DNA of 12,047 bases from a bacterium (GTDB lineage Bacteria > Zhuqueibacterota > Zhuqueibacteria > Oceanimicrobiales > Oceanimicrobiaceae). Position numbers and translations under genes: made by a program. Shown piece by piece: positions 9,101 through 12,047 of the stretch. Location of the stretch: contig JBHHYI010000126.1 in assembly GCA_046757525.1 (NCBI GenBank), forward strand, positions 1-12,047. The letters run 5' to 3'. Positions within the stretch are counted from its first letter, which is position 1. Each line of letters begins with the position of its first letter. The notes beneath the pieces were generated by a model. It saw only the letters and a list, made by a program, of their open reading frames with translations, was not told where the DNA came from and ran no database searches.

Positions 9101-9113
9101 GGTATTTTTTCAT
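6108..9113 (-). CDS. M1 family zinc aminopeptidase fused to a C-terminal Omp85/BamA-type beta-barrel
   Basis: Signal peptide; GGMEY; HEVGH-X18-E (HEVGH at 8013-8027); AYTKG catalytic Tyr; the last ~370 aa are amphipathic strands with LRGY, FVD, DAGIGLRF, LRLDFP and a terminal Phe. RBS AAGGAG at 9125-9130. Confidence 0.92.
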   Translation of the reverse strand: MKKYLLIFSLVNILVAIPLLAQDDYWQQDVHYTMNVTLLPQEHALTGEETLVYHNNSPDTLYKFYMHLYPNAYRGPESVYARDARRFFREVVANPEDGGYLRVENLRILSSDQPTDALTLTAFKVKDTILEADLPEPLPPGGDLHIGLSFYLKIRKFVRRAGYRGNQFDFAQWYPKVCVYDETGWNAEPFHFMGEFYGEFGTFDVTINVPYEYIVSATGVVVAGDPGWNLVRVNASLTHAEWNDAYREIKKNIREQGGDGKIRTVKFHAEQVHDFAWVACPDFLYESAEWDGIPIHVLYRSYAKNQWSKVAAERGTRALQWLSAKFGRYPYPQLTITHGLLGGGMEYPMLVMDSSASESLILHEVGHIYFYGIFGNNEWKEAWLDEGFTSFQTRWYLESRYGKWGFDREEFSQRANWLQKKRPQKTSRESNRDFALFYMNSGHNEPISKLSYRFNEPLDYSVNAYTKGAFFYDMLKYVVGDETFEKICHEYFKRWAFKHVNEQRFKAVCEEVSGQDLDWFFDEWLHNTVTVDYALGKVKKKKTADGWHTEVEIRRNEKGIMPVDVQLTTQDGQTFVARWDGIDLAGTVQFETASKPKTVLLDPEDAVLDNARINNGPLRLQFVFEYPNMTYSPRDAFLFAWRPSAWYNEVDKLRLGGRIKGRYYNSRNVELGSWLGLNSGELDVRFKYSNHVKPLGAGTVGSLLVQKMEGRLEADAHLSIVKSRYLSQPPQHRIVIGFNASRLLDEKYTLLEFDQKNDFELQTWEKGDVNKLYFRYQVNPRGLHWFSNFNLGLETSRETWRSDFTFSYAFSEVKFWLPRHDRGLFLRLYAGKVIDAEDAPVQDLLFLDGANPRERFKRFYLRSNGSIPEELHYHLPGGGNLRGYFNNPVFGDQIFALNIELRHNVKLPAPGKRLNGLLGTTSLVAFVDVANMEFLDASNETFSDAGIGLRFHRFLPDNWYTIFAGGRNLTLRLDFPVWVSDSLPDENNLRFRWVFGFEQAF

Positions 9114-9188
9114 GCGTCCAGAAACTCCTTTGACTGCCCAGACTCAGCCGGATTCGCCATTACGTCCAAATCCCTTTCCATGCTACAT

Positions 9189-9217
9189 AAAATAAGCATT
9201 TCTTTTATGCGAATCAA
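9189..9217 (-). promoter_or_regulatory. Sigma70-type promoter for the M1 peptidase gene
   Basis: Minus strand TTGATT-N17-TATTTT, about 75 nt upstream of the ATG. Confidence 0.5.
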
Positions 9218-9450
9218 GTCAGAAAGGCAACAGACTAAATGCGCCTACACCAGAAATTCTTTGCCAAGCTATTGGAAAACAAAATGGAGGCTTGGCCGGA
9301 GCGTTTTGTAATTAGCGTGATTTTTTTGTAGGCCCAAAAGCGCGTCGAAGTGAGAAGAGTGAGTTTTCGGCTCCGATTTTGAAATGGTACTGTTCAAATG
9401 TGCTAAGCTAATCATCTGAGTTCCAAAGTGTTAACTTTAAGAAAAAAATA

Positions 9451-9479
9451 TTGACATGTTGTTAGAGTTTCATTATATT
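9451..9479 (+). promoter_or_regulatory. Near-consensus sigma70 promoter
   Basis: TTGACA (9451-9456)-N17-TATATT (9474-9479), preceded by an A-tract resembling an UP element. Confidence 0.75.
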
Positions 9480-9731
9480 GTTTTAGTTTATCTCATGCAC
9501 ATTTGGTTTACGTTTCTCGCTTCGAGTAAGTACCTACCCTTAATAAGATGCTCGTTCAGGACGCTTACAGCCTGCCGGATATATCAAGAATGATTGTTCC
9601 TTTATTTGCGAAAAAATACAAAGAAAAAAATAGCCGGGGGGTAATCGCCGGGTATGTCGTTTCACAAGAACGGCGATGACCTGCGATTTCATCAGTTCTC
9701 AAACATCACTAATTAATAGGGAACAAGAAAG

Positions 9732-10076
9732 ATGAAACAAAAAAAAGAGGTGTCTAGAGAGCTTCTGGTTCGGGCCTCCCTCAAAGAGTTTGCTATCCCG
9801 CCTGTAAAAGACGGTCTGGTTCTTGGGAAAAACTCCCCTATCGGCTGTGTGGCCATTCGTAAAGCTCTGGCCTTGCTGACTCCCAACCATTTTGAGCATA
9901 TCGAATTTGAGGATGAGGTTTTGAGCGACATTATTATTCGAAAAGCCCTTCTGAATCGAATACCGCAGCAAAAACTCATTGACTTTGTGAAAAGAAATAT
10001 CAAACCCTTAATGACTGATGCCGAAATCTTGCATCTGAATATGGAGATCATCATCAATTTGGAGGAGCGGTTGTGA
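9732..10076 (+). CDS. Hypothetical 114-aa cytoplasmic protein
   Basis: Globular alpha/beta-like composition, AGGGAA upstream, downstream of a strong promoter and co-oriented with the sensor gene. No family confidently recognised. Confidence 0.8.
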   Translation: MKQKKEVSRELLVRASLKEFAIPPVKDGLVLGKNSPIGCVAIRKALALLTPNHFEHIEFEDEVLSDIIIRKALLNRIPQQKLIDFVKRNIKPLMTDAEILHLNMEIIINLEERL

Positions 10077-10270
10077 GGGACGGTCAATCACCGTCACAAT
10101 GCGGCGAAGCCCAGATCTAAAACGGTTTGTAACCGCGTTTTGATTCATGCAAAAAGGTCTAAAAATGATCCAACACGGTCTGTGACCGTGTTTTGATTCA
10201 AAATTAGGGCTGATGAATACACAGTGACAAACTGTGTAGGATCGTTGCGAAAAGTATCATCAATTTGGAG
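10050..10270 (+). repeat. 15-bp exact direct repeat ATCATCAATTTGGAG
   Basis: Copies at 10050-10064 (end of the 114-aa gene) and 10256-10270 (contains the sensor gene's GGAG RBS). Confidence 0.8.
10114..10243. repeat. REP-like hairpin repeat cluster (two direct copies, one inverted)
   Basis: 10114-10147 and 10167-10200 are 29/34 identical; the reverse complement of 10212-10243 matches copy 2 at 24/32. Core AACACGGTC-TGT-GACCGTGTT. Confidence 0.8.
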
Positions 10271-10278
10271 AGACAGCT

Positions 10279-12047
10279 ATGAAAGCGTTGACAGCACGAG
10301 ACGCCTTAACTGAGTCCTATTTGTGTGTCTCCAGCGATGGACATCCGCGAGAATTCTTAAACCAGGTTAAGGATGAGAATGTGCAGGCTTGTGCCGTGTT
10401 CGAGAATTCAACTTTCTTAGGCCTGGTGGACTTCAAAGACATCCTGACGTGCAACCCCCAGCGCATTTTCGCCGACCTTTTGCCTGAGCCTCAGGCCCCG
10501 CCTGTGCAGGATGATACCCCGGTCCAGGAGGTGAGTCGCCTGTTAGATCGGTATCGTGGCAACGCTTTGCCCGTGCTCGATAAAAAAAGCTCTTTTATCG
10601 GAGTAATCAGTCGAGACAGTTTGCTTTATGTGTTGCTACAAAAGCATCAGCACTTGCTGAAACTCACGAAAAATGTGAAAGATATTGTTCAAACAGTCAA
10701 CGCGGTCCTGGATTTGAAATCCATGCTGCGTGTAGCTCTGCGCAAAACTTTGGAGATGATGGGCCTCAAAACGGGCTGGTTATTTCTGTACAACGAGGAA
10801 GCTTCCATGGCCAGGTTGGTCACGCACGTCAACTTGCCGCGCAAATATTTAAAGGATCACCATGCGCTACTGCGGGAAAGTTGTTTGTGCCAGAGCGAGG
10901 TTTTGAACAAGAAAAACGAGGCCACAGTCCTTTGTCTCAAATGTGTACGTGGCGAGAAAGTAACCTCTGATCTGAAGTGGCACATTTCGATTCCGTTAGT
11001 GAGCCTTGCTAAACCACTCGGTGTCATGAATTTGGCCTGCCGACAAGAGCCGTGCATTTCGAACGAGGAGTTGAATCTTCTAACCACCCTCGGGAAGAGT
11101 ATCGGCACGGCTATCATGAATACCCAGTCCTTTCATAAACTGGAAGCAGAGCGCGAGCGTTTAGCCCAGTGGTCGAAACGCCTGAGCCAGCTCAACAAAG
11201 CCAGCACGCACCTGTTGAGTTTGTTAGGAACGCCAATTCTTGAGGACCGCCTGCTCCAGGAAGGCATCGAGACGCTGTGTCAACTGGTGGAAGCCCGCTA
11301 TGGCGTGGTGGGCCTGTTCGACGCCGACGGAAAATTGGTGAAGTTGGTGCATACTGGATTGACCCAGGCTGAGGCAGCGCAGTTAGAAGACCTGCCCAAA
11401 GGCATGGGCATTTTAGGAGCCCTGGACCAGGAGCAGCATGTCGTGAGACTGCGAGACGTGAAGAAACACCCAAGCTTCTCCGGCTTTCCGCCAAACCATC
11501 CACAGATGAAGAGTTTTCTGGGGATGCGCATCGCGCTTAAAGGCAAGGTTCATGGCCGCATATACTTGACGGACAAGTGCGGGGGACGCTCCTTCAGCAA
11601 AGAAGACGAAAAACTCGTTGCCACCTTTGCCAACAGTATGGCCCTGGCCATAGAGCATACCCACCTGATGGAAAATCTGAACAGGTCCGAGCAGAGATTC
11701 CGTTCTGTGGCCCAGTCAGCCAGCGACGCGATTATTTCGGCCGATAGCAGCGGGTATATTATTTCATGGAATAACGGGGCCAGAACCATTTTTGGTTACC
11801 AGGAAGAGGAGGTACTGGGCCAGCCGTTGACTCTCCTGATACCTGAGTGGGATAGAGACGCTCATGAAAAGGGTCTAAAGCGAATGACGTCAACGGGCGA
11901 GTCTCATGTTATCGGAAAAATACTGGAATTGGAAGGGTTGAGGAAAGACGCCAGCGTGTTTCCTCTGGAGCTGTCCGTGGCCACCTGGAAAACAGAGGAA
12001 GGCACCTTTTACAGCGGTATCATACGGGACATCACCGAGCGTAAGCG
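10279..12047 (+). CDS. Multi-sensor signalling protein CBS-CBS-GAF-GAF-PAS (3' partial; output domain outside the window)
   Basis: Hand translation from ATG 10279 (GGAG 8 nt upstream) stays open for 589 codons to the window end. CBS (LPVLDKKSSFIGVISRDSLL); GAF1 (SCLC...CLKC...WHISIPL); GAF2 (ARYG...HPSFSGFPPNHPQMKSFLG...IYLTDK); PAS/PAC (SEQRFRSV...WNNGARTIFGY...RDITERK). Confidence 0.93.
   Translation, partial: MKALTARDALTESYLCVSSDGHPREFLNQVKDENVQACAVFENSTFLGLVDFKDILTCNPQRIFADLLPEPQAPPVQDDTPVQEVSRLLDRYRGNALPVLDKKSSFIGVISRDSLLYVLLQKHQHLLKLTKNVKDIVQTVNAVLDLKSMLRVALRKTLEMMGLKTGWLFLYNEEASMARLVTHVNLPRKYLKDHHALLRESCLCQSEVLNKKNEATVLCLKCVRGEKVTSDLKWHISIPLVSLAKPLGVMNLACRQEPCISNEELNLLTTLGKSIGTAIMNTQSFHKLEAERERLAQWSKRLSQLNKASTHLLSLLGTPILEDRLLQEGIETLCQLVEARYGVVGLFDADGKLVKLVHTGLTQAEAAQLEDLPKGMGILGALDQEQHVVRLRDVKKHPSFSGFPPNHPQMKSFLGMRIALKGKVHGRIYLTDKCGGRSFSKEDEKLVATFANSMALAIEHTHLMENLNRSEQRFRSVAQSASDAIISADSSGYIISWNNGARTIFGYQEEEVLGQPLTLLIPEWDRDAHEKGLKRMTSTGESHVIGKILELEGLRKDASVFPLELSVATWKTEEGTFYSGIIRDITERK

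Noticed and set aside
9548..9679. 43-codon upstream ORF (MLVQDAYSLPD...) in the leader
   Set aside because: No RBS and no leader-peptide-like codon bias.
9671..9700. Fluoride-riboswitch-like start GGCGATG
   Set aside because: The complementary and pseudoknot elements are missing, and the downstream genes are unrelated to fluoride.
9699..10087. Minus-strand ORFs 9713..10087 and 9699..9971
   Set aside because: Antisense to the 114-aa gene, which has better promoter, RBS and compositional support.
10114..10243. Mini CRISPR array
   Set aside because: Only two direct copies with a 19-nt gap, the third copy is inverted, the copies diverge, and no cas genes are in the window.

Overview
Bacterial chromosomal window, probably from a Gram-negative organism (signal peptides, outer-membrane barrel, sigma70-type promoters). 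+ strand 1-3308: tail of a probable DUF4199 membrane protein, a small membrane protein, a secreted alpha/beta hydrolase with an EF-hand pair, an HXXEE protein and a subfamily-III haloalkane-dehalogenase/OleB-like hydrolase. - strand 3530-9113: a modular single-pass hypothetical protein, and a 1001-aa M1 zinc aminopeptidase fused to an apparently complete 16-stranded Omp85-type barrel with no recognisable POTRA domain. + strand from 9732: a 114-aa hypothetical protein, then a large sensor missing from the ORF track because it runs off the window (CBS pair, AirS-like Cys-GAF, DosT-like heme GAF, FixL-like heme PAS). Intergenic DNA holds several unrelated palindromic repeats, including a covarying REP-like triplet bracketed by a 15-bp direct repeat. 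All family calls are by-eye motif recognition; no searches were run.
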